Shown here piece by piece: positions 19,628-29,341 of a stretch of 64,000 nucleotides of DNA. The notes beneath the pieces are model-generated. The model did no database searches. It saw only the letters and a list, made by a program, of their open reading frames with translations, and was not told where the DNA came from. The stretch spans positions 34,635 through 98,634 of the IMG/VR virus record IMGVR_UViG_3300006990_004842. One strand, given 5' to 3'. Source of the stretch: a virus. How positions within the stretch are numbered: position 1 is the first letter of the stretch; each line of letters begins with the position of its first letter. Made by a program: the position numbers and the translations under genes.

Positions 19628-20300
19628 ACTTTTGTTCATAATAATCCAGCAGACGTTTGCCCCACTTCTCACAATACTCGTCAAACTCGTCACCTTCAAT
19701 TACAAAATCTTTATATTGTCCTTCTCTGTCTACCATTAAGATAGCAACTTGTTTGATGTTTGTACCAAACATTTCATTGTGTGCTAGTGCATATGCACAA
19801 CCTTGCATAAAGTAATCTTCAATCCATTCTCTTTTCTTGATCTTTTTAGCAGTCTTAAAGTCAATAATTGCAGGTTTGCCGTTCCACATGCCTATTGCAT
19901 CACTGGTACCTGCATAAAGTCCTTCGCTGATCAATGCTACTTCAACACCCCACAATTCATCAATTTGGCTCATGCCATCTCTGACCATTTTGTCTACCAT
20001 TTGTTTAGCCATAATACTGATTAAATTGTTTCCAGTAATTTCCCATGTTTCGCCTAATACATATTTTTCTAATGCATTATGCACTTTAGTTCCTAGGCCT
20101 GCGGCTTCTCTGCTCACACGGTTTGCTTCTTCCTCACCAACACGTTTACGCCATGCTATGAGAGCAGTTTTATCTCCTGTATCAGAAAGTATTGTTGTTA
20201 CACTAGGCACCGGTTTATTGTCTTCGCCTGTGTATTGACGTTGTCCTGATTTTGCTGTTACCCTTTTTAATGTAGGGTATTCATATTTTTCAACTAGCAT
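19626..20300 (-). CDS. PD-(D/E)XK exonuclease (Cas4/MGME1-like phage exonuclease)
   Basis: PSVTTIL, GT.VH, E, AGTSD, IDFKT, Q..AYA. Confidence 0.85.
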   Translation of the reverse strand: MLVEKYEYPTLKRVTAKSGQRQYTGEDNKPVPSVTTILSDTGDKTALIAWRKRVGEEEANRVSREAAGLGTKVHNALEKYVLGETWEITGNNLISIMAKQMVDKMVRDGMSQIDELWGVEVALISEGLYAGTSDAIGMWNGKPAIIDFKTAKKIKKREWIEDYFMQGCAYALAHNEMFGTNIKQVAILMVDREGQYKDFVIEGDEFDEYCEKWGKRLLDYYEQK

Positions 20301-21120
20301 CTAGTATCTCCAGTAATTTATTAGCCATTTGATCATGGCAATGTAGGTTAGGGTGAAATTGGCAAGGGTGTATATATTCTTTATGAATTGGATGGGATTT
20401 ATTAACTCTGAATTCAACTGCTTGATATTCATTTTCGGTTGTGCCTTTTGTTATCGGCATTCCCAATATATCAACATAATTTGTTCCGGTTGTCAAACCA
20501 AAAAGTGTATCTGTTTTTTTGATAAGCCAGCATTCATCGGGTACTAAATTTATTTCTTCAGATATGTGTATTGGTCCCCACACGTTAAAAATATAGAACT
20601 TTATATTATGTGCTTTACATACGGAATACATTTCATTTATTGTTTTAGTTGATTCATACTCACTAAAAGGAATAAGAGGTCTGAGCTTGTCTTTGAAAAA
20701 CACTTTGTGGCGTTCTGCATGTCGTTGAATGTTTTGATGATAGTGACAAAGGTCTTCTTCAGTTCTAGCAAAATCTCTGCTTTGTGCAGTAGTACTTAAA
20801 AAAACTATATTATTATGCTCTAACTCTTTTGGATACTTTTTAATCCACTCATACAGATTATACAAAGCAAACGATATACTGCCGCCACTAAATCCAAAAT
20901 TCCAATGTTTTGCACCAATTGTATCACTTACTTTTCTTCCAAAAACAAAATTAGGCATGTTATAACCAAATGTAGCATTAGGAACATATTTTGGAGAAAC
21001 ATAGGCATTTGCAAAACCGCCTGTCTCTGGATCTCCACTACCATTCCTGAACCTAGGCTCTTTGTAAAGTTCGGAACCAATAACCCAACTATCACCAAAC
21101 CATAAATGATTAGTTTTCAC
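20290..21120 (-). CDS. SGNH-like protein
   Basis: WFGDSWVIG...N....GGS...FHPN...H. Confidence 0.55.
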   Translation of the reverse strand: MKTNHLWFGDSWVIGSELYKEPRFRNGSGDPETGGFANAYVSPKYVPNATFGYNMPNFVFGRKVSDTIGAKHWNFGFSGGSISFALYNLYEWIKKYPKELEHNNIVFLSTTAQSRDFARTEEDLCHYHQNIQRHAERHKVFFKDKLRPLIPFSEYESTKTINEMYSVCKAHNIKFYIFNVWGPIHISEEINLVPDECWLIKKTDTLFGLTTGTNYVDILGMPITKGTTENEYQAVEFRVNKSHPIHKEYIHPCQFHPNLHCHDQMANKLLEILDAS

Positions 21121-21868
21121 TGAGGGCCTCCATTAACTTAATATGCATCTGTTTGTGCCCTGATATATTGAGGTGGTAATCATTTATATAATTTGCATTG
21201 ATATCATTGTTTTCATCGTTCCAAACATCATATATTTCAGCACCAAATGTTTCATTAAATAAGGTACCTGGGAGCAAGTAGTGTGTTGATAAATTAAAAA
21301 CATCAATATGTTTTAATGTTGTTATTTGCTCCCAGGTAGATAGTAAATGTAGTTTTACATTGTAATTTTTACAGAGTGCAACTACTTGATTTAGAATTCT
21401 AGTGTTGTTGTATTCAAAAAATACAGGTACTTCCCATTTATCTGTTAAAAAATTATGTTCGCTTTCTTTACTTAATTGTCCTTTAGGGTGTACATGGTAT
21501 TCTTTATGCTCTATATCATCAATAAAAAATGCTCGTGTGTTTCCACTAACACAAAAAAAGATTGTGTAATTAATGTTAGGTTGATAAATGTTCTTGAAAA
21601 ATTTTGTCAATTGGACTAATTGAAACTCTATTGAACTACCAGGGAAAGCAAAATTAATGTATTCAACATCTCTTTCTTTACTGGTCAAACTTGCAAAAGA
21701 ATACTCAGGGTGCGACCAATCTCTCGTTAAATTTGGAAAACGCCCTGTGTGTTTTAATTCTTGATGATGTAATTCTGGTGTTTTAGATTTATCTTGTTGG
21801 TATATTTCGTCATACAAACCTGTACCAATGACCCAACTATCACCAAACCATACGTCTGTTTTATTCAT
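21110..21868 (-). CDS. SGNH-like protein (tandem paralog)
   Basis: WFGDSWVIG...NFA..GSS...YHLN..GH. Confidence 0.55.
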   Translation of the reverse strand: MNKTDVWFGDSWVIGTGLYDEIYQQDKSKTPELHHQELKHTGRFPNLTRDWSHPEYSFASLTSKERDVEYINFAFPGSSIEFQLVQLTKFFKNIYQPNINYTIFFCVSGNTRAFFIDDIEHKEYHVHPKGQLSKESEHNFLTDKWEVPVFFEYNNTRILNQVVALCKNYNVKLHLLSTWEQITTLKHIDVFNLSTHYLLPGTLFNETFGAEIYDVWNDENNDINANYINDYHLNISGHKQMHIKLMEALSEN

Positions 21869-21930
21869 AATAATTTATCAACCACTACTAATATATAGTA
21901 GTTGTACGGTTTAATTTAATTAATTATTGA

Positions 21931-22245
21931 TTACCAGGCAACGTTCCAGATTATGGTTTGAGTATCATTCTGTTTGATGTTTACTCCGTAACCTAAATCT
22001 GTAAAGTATTTTTTGACGTAATTTATTTGATCTACTTTTGCGGCGTCAGTTGTAATACTAAAGTATGCCTTGTAAAAAGCATTACTATCAGTCATTGTTG
22101 TACCGCTTGACACGTTTGCATACAACACACCAGCAGATACATTTGCTAGAATAGCACTTTCTATACTACGAACTTCGCCATGTATAGTTACATTGTTCCT
22201 AGTATCTATTCTTGCATCTTTAGCATTTGTAAATATGTTTGCCAT
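21931..22245 (-). CDS. Putative small virion protein
   Basis: Last gene of a late operon; A/N/S/T-rich. Confidence 0.5.
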   Translation of the reverse strand: MANIFTNAKDARIDTRNNVTIHGEVRSIESAILANVSAGVLYANVSSGTTMTDSNAFYKAYFSITTDAAKVDQINYVKKYFTDLGYGVNIKQNDTQTIIWNVAW

Positions 22246-22246
22246 A

Positions 22247-22594
22247 TTAATTCGCCTTTATATCACTTAGTGCTTTGTCGCCTGCCATTTTACCAACATC
22301 AACTGTAGGTTCTGCATCAGTGTCAACATCGCCACTTAATTCATCTGCAGGCACAATTTTTTCTGAATCTGCACTACTTGCAAATCCTGAATCTCTTACT
22401 TTTTTAACAAGTGTGTCTATGTCAATTAAATGTCCTTGTTTTGCTAACAAGTCCTGAAATAATTCTGTAGGTATAGACTTTGCATCCATTCTAGTCATCA
22501 CTTCAGACGATAGCAAGTCACCGATAGCATCATCCATTTCGCTATCTGCTGTTTTTTGTGCATACTCCAGCAATGTGACTTCGCGAATTAACAT
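22247..22594 (-). CDS. Acidic hypothetical protein with internal-protein-like leader
   Basis: MLIREVTLLE leader. Confidence 0.55.
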   Translation of the reverse strand: MLIREVTLLEYAQKTADSEMDDAIGDLLSSEVMTRMDAKSIPTELFQDLLAKQGHLIDIDTLVKKVRDSGFASSADSEKIVPADELSGDVDTDAEPTVDVGKMAGDKALSDIKAN

Positions 22595-23916
22595 TAAATT
22601 TCAGCTCTGCCCAATGGCTCCTCTTCAGGACCAGCACTTGCAGGAATATTATCTTCTAAGTCACCCTCAGGTTCGCCTAGTCCCATATCGCCAGTATCTA
22701 AATCGTCGCCGCCTAAATCACCAGTGTCAGCCATTGCTCCACCTGCTACAAAACCTTCTCCTGAAAGTTCTGCAACTGCTTGATCAAAGCCTGTTTTAAT
22801 TGCTTTTGTTGCTTCTAAGTGCTGAGACAACAATCCGTTAATGTTATCTGAAAAACTAACTGCTTTGTCTCCGCCCATTTCGCCACGTACTTGATCAGCA
22901 ATAGCAGGCAAGTCTTCGTTCATCATACGACCTAATCTTTCTACTTGATCTTGAATATCATCTGCTAATGCACGTACAGCCATAACAACTTCTGCTTCTT
23001 CAACGTTTACTTCTTCAGAAATCATTTCACTTAAGATATCATCAAACATGCTATTAAATTCTTCTTTAACGTTTGATTTTTTTGATTCTGTTTTATTCAT
23101 TGCATCTGTAACTTCTTCAGGTTTCATACCTAATTCTTTAGCAATGTCTTCGATACTTTTTCCGTCTTTCTTTAGTTTATGCATGTATTGAATACTGTCA
23201 TTTAATTTTCTTTCTGCAATTTTGCGACCAAACATTTGAATACCACTTACAACTGCATCTTCTTCGAGACCATTAAGGAAACCAACCACTGAGTCTCTGC
23301 TTTTACCTGATACTTCTGCAAATTTACCTAACGTTTCTTCGATAGCATCGTAACTGCTAGTGTCAACAATTTCAACACCAATCTCTTTAGCAAGTTCTGA
23401 TAATAGACGTTCATTAAGATCGCTGTCTATACTTTCTGCACTTGCCATAACAGCACCGCTACCACATTCATCCATGTAGTCTTTTGCCGCTTTGATAACA
23501 ATAGTCTTTGCTGTGTCATCGTCGTAAGCAAAACGATTGTCCATTCTGTAACGGTTCATGCATTCTGTACATGCTTCATCCATTGTATAACCGCTGTCCA
23601 TAAGTTGTCTTACACTGTCAGAAATCATGCCTTTCATTTCCATATATGCAGGTGATTCTGCATACATGCCTTCTGCTAACATGACGTCTATTGCATCTCT
23701 AATACCTAAAAATTTTGCATATTCAGGTTCTAGTTGAAACTTTTTATTGCTGTTGCGAAGTTTGACTACGGCCAAATTAGCAGTTTCTTTTAACTCAAGC
23801 AACTTTCTCTTTGGCAAAAATGCCTTCTTAAAAGAAACACCAAACTCTTCGCCCAACACTTTTGATATTTTGCCTAGTTTGGAACTAGGTGTTGGATTTA
23901 ATTGATTTAATAACAT
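22594..23916 (-). CDS. Putative prohead core/internal helical protein
   Basis: Acidic and helical with many (L/I/V)xE sites. Late box at 23949. Confidence 0.5.
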   Translation of the reverse strand: MLLNQLNPTPSSKLGKISKVLGEEFGVSFKKAFLPKRKLLELKETANLAVVKLRNSNKKFQLEPEYAKFLGIRDAIDVMLAEGMYAESPAYMEMKGMISDSVRQLMDSGYTMDEACTECMNRYRMDNRFAYDDDTAKTIVIKAAKDYMDECGSGAVMASAESIDSDLNERLLSELAKEIGVEIVDTSSYDAIEETLGKFAEVSGKSRDSVVGFLNGLEEDAVVSGIQMFGRKIAERKLNDSIQYMHKLKKDGKSIEDIAKELGMKPEEVTDAMNKTESKKSNVKEEFNSMFDDILSEMISEEVNVEEAEVVMAVRALADDIQDQVERLGRMMNEDLPAIADQVRGEMGGDKAVSFSDNINGLLSQHLEATKAIKTGFDQAVAELSGEGFVAGGAMADTGDLGGDDLDTGDMGLGEPEGDLEDNIPASAGPEEEPLGRAEI

Positions 23917-23948
23917 AGTGGTTTCCTATTCATAACTGTAATAGTACT

Positions 23949-23956
23949 TATTTATC
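23949..23956 (-). promoter_or_regulatory. Late promoter
   Basis: GATAAATA. Confidence 0.6.
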
Positions 23957-23981
23957 ATTTTATTGAGAATTGTGAAAGGAC

Positions 23982-24434
23982 TTAGAATAGGTTTTGTACA
24001 TTGCTTAAGGCATATTTCTGCCTTAATACAGTTTCTATGAGTCTGTGACGTGTGGCTTCAAACTTAAAAGCGTCTTTTGTGGTCTTCATAGTGTGTCTAT
24101 AAAACATGCATTCGTTTTTTGCATCAACATATTTGTTTATAAGCTCTTGTGGCTTTCTAAACATACCACCGTCTCTAATAGTCTGTTGGTGCAATTTCTT
24201 GCTGTTTAGACGCACACAGAGCACGTTAGCAAGTTTTTTAGTGGGAATGTAGGTCAATACTACCCTTTTGGTTATAGCCTCTAAAATTTGATACATTTCT
24301 ATGGACTTGTCATAGGAAATCACAAAGACACCACGTTTAGCAACATTTTGTGCTATCTTGTCTAACTTTTTACCTATAACTCTTTTATTCAATTTTACTT
24401 TTTTGTGGGTAGACCTTGAAACCAACGATATCAT
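23982..24434 (-). CDS. Basic hypothetical protein
   Basis: Probable start MISLVS. Confidence 0.6.
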   Translation of the reverse strand: MISLVSRSTHKKVKLNKRVIGKKLDKIAQNVAKRGVFVISYDKSIEMYQILEAITKRVVLTYIPTKKLANVLCVRLNSKKLHQQTIRDGGMFRKPQELINKYVDAKNECMFYRHTMKTTKDAFKFEATRHRLIETVLRQKYALSNVQNLF

Positions 24435-24609
24435 TTTTTCTGACCTTTTGTAGTATGTTTCTACAATACATGTCTTCTGCCATGTATCTTGTTCTCTCGT
24501 CAAATTTATTTATTGGACAAAACTTTTCAAAATCTATTTTATTGAACAGGCGAGTCTCATCTCTGGTGATGAAACTTAAATTACCATTTTTGCATTTAAC
24601 TGCTTTCAT
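24385..24609 (-). CDS. Hypothetical protein
   Basis: 74-aa ORF within the operon. Confidence 0.6.
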   Translation of the reverse strand: MKAVKCKNGNLSFITRDETRLFNKIDFEKFCPINKFDERTRYMAEDMYCRNILQKVRKNDIVGFKVYPQKSKIE

Positions 24610-24611
24610 GT

Positions 24612-25166
24612 TTAACCGCCGGCATGCATTGCGGCCATATGTGCTTTATATTTTTTAGTGCCTTTCTTATGTGGGCTTTTACCTTCGTCTAAACCTAATT
24701 CTGCTATAGCATCTTCTATTGCTTTTCCTGTGTCTCTGCCACGATAAAACTCTGGCATGTTATCAGACATAAATGATTCTATTTCATCTTTGCTTTCGAA
24801 GTTATCTAAACCTTTTTCATTAACTAATGCAACTAATATACTTACAGCCTGTTCTCTTTTGGGATTGCTTTCAGACACTTTCTTTTTCTTAGAAAACACA
24901 GAAGGATTTTGGCGTCTGTGCAGTTTGCCCATTGGCATGGCAAAACTTCCTATTGCTCCGGCTACTGTTTCTTTTAATGATTCTACGATTTCAAAATCAT
25001 CATCTGATGTACCACTATAACGTGATGCTCCTACAGCACCTGATTTGATCCTGGCCTTTTGTTTGGCACTATTGTCGCTCATAGCCGTAACATGATATAC
25101 TTTACCAGTTTTTTTATGCTTTACTTTGTAGTGCTTAAATGATTCTGTTAGGTCTGAAATCTTCAT
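24612..25166 (-). CDS. Modular basic protein with internal-protein-like leader
   Basis: MKISDLTE leader. Segments bounded by IVE/LKE/VSE/LDE. Ends ...KAHMAAMHAGG. GATAAATA at 25172-25179. Confidence 0.6.
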   Translation of the reverse strand: MKISDLTESFKHYKVKHKKTGKVYHVTAMSDNSAKQKARIKSGAVGASRYSGTSDDDFEIVESLKETVAGAIGSFAMPMGKLHRRQNPSVFSKKKKVSESNPKREQAVSILVALVNEKGLDNFESKDEIESFMSDNMPEFYRGRDTGKAIEDAIAELGLDEGKSPHKKGTKKYKAHMAAMHAGG

Positions 25167-25177
25167 AATAGTATTTA

Positions 25178-26344
25178 TCAATCATAAGATACGTTGGGAA
25201 TAGAATAACCTAAACTGTTTAAGCCGTTAATAACTTGGTTTGCATAGTATGTAGCATTTGCTCCAGCAATCACATCAGTTTCAACACGTACTTCTACGTT
25301 TGCTCTATCACTAAGTCCTGCTGTACCACTGTAATTACCAGTACCATTTATAACAGCATTAACATAATCTTTATATCCGCCATAACTACCAGGCCCTGTG
25401 TTTACTTGGAACAACACACTTCTAAAATATGAACTGCTATTTGCTGTTTCTGCAGTTGCTATTGTACTTCTCAGTGAAGTAATATCAGTGGTATGTTGAG
25501 TAGTTGGGTTAGTTGGATACGTACTAGTTGCACCATACGGTGAGTTTTCATCTGAGAATACCAAATTAATGACCTGCGTAACATTTGAATTTGAACCCAT
25601 TGTTTCCATTTGGCTCCATACTCTTTCATTGCCTTCTTCTGTGAATGAAACATTATTATCATAAGCATCACCGTCGTCATCATAAAAAGGTAATAATGCA
25701 TTTTTAAGTACATCATTTTTCATAGTACGTAAAGGTGTTAACGAACTATTCATACTACCACTGCTGTCAAAGAATATATTGATTTCTGTTTGCGTATCAA
25801 TTTGATTTTGCGGTGCGGCAAACAATGTGCCACCTGAATATAAAATCATTACTCTTGCTGTACCCGAAGTTGCACCACCTTGTGTTACTGTGCTTCTCAA
25901 TGTTGTTCTATTACTGTAAAGATAGTTTGTTTCATCAACTGTAGAAACTGTGGGATCAAAATGTGTAAACAATCTATCAGGATCTGCACTATCACCAATA
26001 GTAATATTTGTATTAGCATCAGCACCAGCCCAATTTGTTAATGCTTCTATACTAACACTTAAAACTGTTGTGTTAGCAGGAACAACTATCATATTAGTAG
26101 TACTGCTATCATAAGAAATAACGTTGCTAAATGTTCTATTAATGTTTATACTTTCCAATTGAGAAAGTGTTTGTGCCTGGTCTGCATTTTCACCGGGTGC
26201 TACTTTTGCTCTGTTGAGATCGTTGTTTCTATCAAACAGAGAAATGTCATCATCACTGGAAACAATAGTTGCTTGATATTCTCTACCAAGTTCAATATTT
26301 CCACTTACACCAGTTATGCCATAATTTTTAACTGAATCTACCAT
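25178..26344 (-). CDS. Putative structural protein with vWA-like domain
   Basis: MIDAS-like FFDSSGSM followed later by FSDE. Confidence 0.55.
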   Translation of the reverse strand: MVDSVKNYGITGVSGNIELGREYQATIVSSDDDISLFDRNNDLNRAKVAPGENADQAQTLSQLESININRTFSNVISYDSSTTNMIVVPANTTVLSVSIEALTNWAGADANTNITIGDSADPDRLFTHFDPTVSTVDETNYLYSNRTTLRSTVTQGGATSGTARVMILYSGGTLFAAPQNQIDTQTEINIFFDSSGSMNSSLTPLRTMKNDVLKNALLPFYDDDGDAYDNNVSFTEEGNERVWSQMETMGSNSNVTQVINLVFSDENSPYGATSTYPTNPTTQHTTDITSLRSTIATAETANSSSYFRSVLFQVNTGPGSYGGYKDYVNAVINGTGNYSGTAGLSDRANVEVRVETDVIAGANATYYANQVINGLNSLGYSIPNVSYD

Positions 26345-26922
26345 TATTTTTTCTTCCCACCTTTCATGTTAGCACACCAGTGATACATTTTACCACGTTC
26401 ACCACTGTACTTTTTTGCTTTTGCTCTTAAACTTGTTACAGAACCTTTACAACTGGCTCCTGCTTTTTTAACTCTGCCCGGTCTGCTTTTGCCTTTTTTC
26501 TTACCGTCAGCAAAGTTTTCGTCTAATTTACTTGCGTCTATATACCAAACTTTTGCTTTGCCTTTTGTACTAATAAGTCCTATAAGTCGTGTGTTGCCTG
26601 CTATAAGTTCTAATTTACCGTTTGGCATTTTCATCACAATAGGCATTTCTATTGTACCTGACTTCATTGCTTTTTTCAATCTTTGAACTTTTTCAGGTTC
26701 TAAATCTGCAAGTGTCTCTGATCCATCTGCGCCAGTGTTGCCTATCTTCTTTACAATATTACTATTTACATTAGCAACTTTACCAGTCTGTGCTAATTCT
26801 ATCCATCCATCTTTACCTAACTTGTCTAAGAACGGATAGCGATTTGCTTCTTCCCATTCTAGATCAAACTGTGGCTCAGCAAAGTTTTCATCTAGTATAC
26901 TTATAATTTCACTTATCAGCAT
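26344..26922 (-). CDS. ParB/Srx-like domain plus C-terminal basic two-Cys peptide
   Basis: MPIV...LIAGNTRL. LDENFA occurs twice, flanking the domain. Confidence 0.6.
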   Translation of the reverse strand: MLISEIISILDENFAEPQFDLEWEEANRYPFLDKLGKDGWIELAQTGKVANVNSNIVKKIGNTGADGSETLADLEPEKVQRLKKAMKSGTIEMPIVMKMPNGKLELIAGNTRLIGLISTKGKAKVWYIDASKLDENFADGKKKGKSRPGRVKKAGASCKGSVTSLRAKAKKYSGERGKMYHWCANMKGGKKK

Positions 26923-27640
26923 CGTCGATGTCCTTTTTCAAATCATCTAAGTCTGCTTCTATATCATATAGTCTAAACTTATTTACTTTGTCTTCTTGTC
27001 CTGGTTTTAACTCAGGATGAAATTTCATTTCAACTATTCTAGCATCTTTCTTTATAGACTTACCATCCACTAATACTTCAACTTCAAATGGTACATGTTT
27101 TTCATACCAATATGCCATCTCATATCCGCCATCGTCTAATAATTTTACTAATAGTCCTCTGTCGTAATCTTTTTCTTCTGCTTTGAGTACTTTCATTTCA
27201 CCACGTGGTAAATTCAAAGCAATGTTCCTATCACCTGATGTAGGTTTATCTTCTTTTACTTTTTCATTTTTGACACAGTTAGGCACACGTTTTCCAAACA
27301 TGGTTTTCATGCCCTTCTTCTTGTAGCCTTTCCAACATTTTTCAACTATTGTTTCTACAATGCTTGGGTCTATTTCTTGTGCTGTAAATTGTTGCATCAA
27401 TTCAACAATGTCATCATCGTGATCTAAAATTTTATAATCAGCATCAACTATGAGTGCTACATTGTCTTCGTAACCATGATTCTCACCACTAAGTACATGC
27501 ATTCCATTACTTAATTCTATATGGTCTTCTTGGTTGACCCATTGATGAATAACTGATTCTACTTCTTCATGTGGCAGTTTACCTAACTTAGGTGCTGTAT
27601 TAAGAGTAGTTAAATCTTCTATGATTTCGTTAATAAGCAT
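26909..27640 (-). CDS. Modular protein containing a KCWKGY...VPNCV cassette
   Basis: MLINEIIE leader. The basic cassette is bounded by IVE and KNE. Confidence 0.6.
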   Translation of the reverse strand: MLINEIIEDLTTLNTAPKLGKLPHEEVESVIHQWVNQEDHIELSNGMHVLSGENHGYEDNVALIVDADYKILDHDDDIVELMQQFTAQEIDPSIVETIVEKCWKGYKKKGMKTMFGKRVPNCVKNEKVKEDKPTSGDRNIALNLPRGEMKVLKAEEKDYDRGLLVKLLDDGGYEMAYWYEKHVPFEVEVLVDGKSIKKDARIVEMKFHPELKPGQEDKVNKFRLYDIEADLDDLKKDIDDADK

Positions 27641-27644
27641 GTTA

Positions 27645-28799
27645 CTACATCATGTCCTTGTACTTGTCTTTGAATATTTTCCAAGACTCTTGTTCATCAT
27701 ACATCCATTTAGGATCTTTGCGTTTTTCTTGAAACCAATGTGTAAAGTTTTCAATAGGACTCTGGTTTCGATTATATTTCCATTCATTATCTAATTCGCG
27801 TCTAGCAGGTACCATAACATCTAACATGCCATCTCCCGAGTCTTTTCTAGGATTCTTAAAGATGTCATGATTTCTCTGAAACGTTTGGCTTCTACCCCTT
27901 CTAGGATTATTAGATCTTTTGTAAGTTTTGATATCTTCAGCAGTGTGTGCAAAAGTTTCCATTATGGAATCTAACTTTGCTTCAACCTTGATTGCTTTTA
28001 CATACTTTTTATTTAATTCTAAGACAACATCTAATCTATGGTGACCGTTTATTAATACATTGTTTTCATCAATTATTAAAGGGTCGTAATTATTACTAGT
28101 AATTTTTTCAAATGCCTTTTTATGCATTTTTTTAGATCTGTCTTTTTGTACAGTGACTATACTTTCAGTTTTTATAAAACCTTTTTTATATGATATGTTT
28201 GCATCTAGTAAATCTTGTTCATTAATTTGAGGCATGTCTTTTCTTTCATACACGCCTTTGCCAAAGTCAAATCCACTGCTTGATTTCTTTTTCTTCTTTT
28301 TCTTTTTAGAATTTTTACTAGGACGTAATCCATAAGCAAAAAAGTGTCCTACGCCACGTGGTTCTGCAGTAGGGGTGGAGTCAGGGGAATTCGAATCGCC
28401 AGTATCGGCAACTCCGGAATCTGCAGACCCGCTGTCTCCACTTGAACCTGTTGAACCGCCATCACCACCAGCACTTGCACCAGCACCAGCACCAGCACCA
28501 GCACCAGCACCAGCACCAGCACCCGCACCACCGCCTCCGGCTTCAGCATCTATACGTGATTGCGAACGTACTTGTTGCTTATTTTCTTGTTCCCAACGTT
28601 GAATAAGTGCTCTTGCATCACGTGCCATAACATGGAATCTTGCTTGAAGCTCACGTTGTATTTGTACTTTACCCATGCCTCGTTGTACAAGTTTTGATAT
28701 TACATCGGTGTACACCGAATAATCATGCATTCCGTACTTGTCGTAAGTGAGGTCTGGAAACCTCATATCGCCTTCTCTAAAAAATTCGTTTAATTTCAT
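27645..28799 (-). CDS. Modular protein with Gly-Ala repeat and ParB/Srx-like domain
   Basis: MKLNEFFRE leader, (GA)n tract, PLIID...INGHHRL. Confidence 0.6.
   Translation of the reverse strand: MKLNEFFREGDMRFPDLTYDKYGMHDYSVYTDVISKLVQRGMGKVQIQRELQARFHVMARDARALIQRWEQENKQQVRSQSRIDAEAGGGGAGAGAGAGAGAGAGAGASAGGDGGSTGSSGDSGSADSGVADTGDSNSPDSTPTAEPRGVGHFFAYGLRPSKNSKKKKKKKKSSSGFDFGKGVYERKDMPQINEQDLLDANISYKKGFIKTESIVTVQKDRSKKMHKKAFEKITSNNYDPLIIDENNVLINGHHRLDVVLELNKKYVKAIKVEAKLDSIMETFAHTAEDIKTYKRSNNPRRGRSQTFQRNHDIFKNPRKDSGDGMLDVMVPARRELDNEWKYNRNQSPIENFTHWFQEKRKDPKWMYDEQESWKIFKDKYKDMM
28477..28530. repeat. (GCACCA)x9 coding microsatellite encoding a Gly-Ala tract
   Basis: Read directly; one unit is GCACCC. 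Confidence 0.9.
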
Positions 28800-29341
28800 T
28801 CTGATAACCTTATAACCCCACAGCCAACTCTGTCACCAGCGTTTCCTGTTTTCAAACTTTCCTCGTCACCACCTTTGCCTAAATCATCTACATCAGCATG
28901 TACAACTATTGCTCTGCCTACAACACTTCGATCGCCATGTAAATCAACACGTGGTAATACTAAATCTATTTTTGCAACACCACTATCATCTGCAACAATA
29001 TTGCCTAAGTCGCCTACATGGCCTTCTTTGATATTGCCATGATCGACTCCGTCTGGATTGTAGTGTGGTCCTGCACTTGCACAACCGTCACTTAAATCAC
29101 CAAACTCATGTATGTGAAATCCATGCTCACCAGGTTCAAGTCCACTTACTTCACCCACTAACATTGTAGGCTGACCTGGATTTTGCTTAAACAAAAAATG
29201 TCCTACAACATCACCCTCTGTGTGTTCTAGTTCGCATTTTGCTTTGATTGTTTGTTCTGCTTCTTGTAAACCTTTGATACCTGCACAATCACAACCTTTT
29301 GCTTTTGTTCTAGGGCAACTTTTTACTTGTGAAAATTTCAT
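28796..29341 (-). CDS. sodC: Cu/Zn superoxide dismutase
   Basis: HGFHIH, GC.SAGPHYNP, HVGDLGN, VVH, GNAG.R..CG. No signal peptide. Confidence 0.93.
   Translation of the reverse strand: MKFSQVKSCPRTKAKGCDCAGIKGLQEAEQTIKAKCELEHTEGDVVGHFLFKQNPGQPTMLVGEVSGLEPGEHGFHIHEFGDLSDGCASAGPHYNPDGVDHGNIKEGHVGDLGNIVADDSGVAKIDLVLPRVDLHGDRSVVGRAIVVHADVDDLGKGGDEESLKTGNAGDRVGCGVIRLSE

Noticed and set aside
19626-20300. Cas4-like nuclease as evidence of a CRISPR-Cas system
   Set aside because: No repeat-spacer array or other cas genes are visible. This is a common stand-alone phage exonuclease.
21884-21902. Palindrome ACTACTA-ATATA-TAGTAGT as an NrdR box
   Set aside because: The spacing does not fit the 16-bp NrdR consensus and it is not upstream of nrdA. 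More likely a weak hairpin after the late operon.
28477-28530. Tandem repeat as a CRISPR array or phase-variation switch
   Set aside because: It is a 6-bp in-frame coding repeat with no spacers, and unit changes cannot shift the frame.
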